From NCBI GenBank assembly GCA_019057475.1, contig DXJO01000029.1:1-29929 (forward strand): a stretch of DNA of 29,929 nt, in the 5' to 3' direction. Source of the DNA: Candidatus Thorarchaeota archaeon. Its GTDB lineage: Archaea > Asgardarchaeota > Thorarchaeia > Thorarchaeales > Thorarchaeaceae. Both the position numbers and the translations under genes were made by a program. Below the pieces are notes generated by a model. It was not told where the DNA came from. It was given only the letters and a program-made list of their open reading frames with translations, and did no database searches. Below, piece by piece: positions 29,723 to 29,929 of the stretch. Numbering within the stretch: the stretch's first letter is position 1; each line of letters begins with the position of its first letter.

Positions 29723-29929
29723 AGGGTGTGTAACAGCTGCAAAAAATCTGTACCAAACTGGACATCTCTTAGACGAATAGCGAATCGAAGATCCTTTTTT
29801 GTAGGTGTTAATATACTCCAGAGAGGGACCTGTACATGTAGTGTCAGTCCAGGACGAGAACCAAGTCCAAGGATGACTCTACCGTCAGTTGGCCGGGGAC
29901 GTAAAATGCCCGTGGAGAGGACGTAAGAC

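Noticed and set aside
29653-29929. Open minus-strand frame entering from beyond the window edge
   Set aside because: Truncated, no motif, and it reads through the nuclease remnant out of frame, so it cannot be supported here.

Overview
Archaeal chromosome segment, with an archaeal 16S rRNA gene and BHB introns. An Asgard/Thorarchaeia-like host is my inference and is unverified. 1-~3.6 kb: tail of an accessory island with three direct-repeat 3' fragments of tRNA-Ala and nuclease-like cargo. 4.1-13.5 kb: core genes (valS, two OsmC proteins, SAM methyltransferase, DUF302, intron-containing tRNA-Ala(CGC), wHTH plus membrane protein, M1 aminopeptidase with HEAT repeats). 14.0-15.5 kb: a stand-alone 16S rRNA gene carrying a 30-nt BHB-type mini-intron. 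15.5-29.9 kb: a mosaic island hanging off the 16S 3' end. It is punctuated by four near-complete and two decayed copies of the 16S 3' trailer, and encodes a 1.7-kaa PD-(D/E)XK protein, a TnpB with a Fanzor-like rearranged RuvC, and 1-2-gene cargo units. Main discovery: the DNA just after tnpB, where an omega-RNA guide is expected, is a 27-nt exact copy of the intron-less allele of the neighbouring 16S gene. A second 13-nt 16S match lies on the opposite strand, and both targets share a 5'-GRATA flank. The host's own site is interrupted by the mini-intron. This points to an rRNA-targeting RNA-guided homing/addiction system with intron-based self-immunity.
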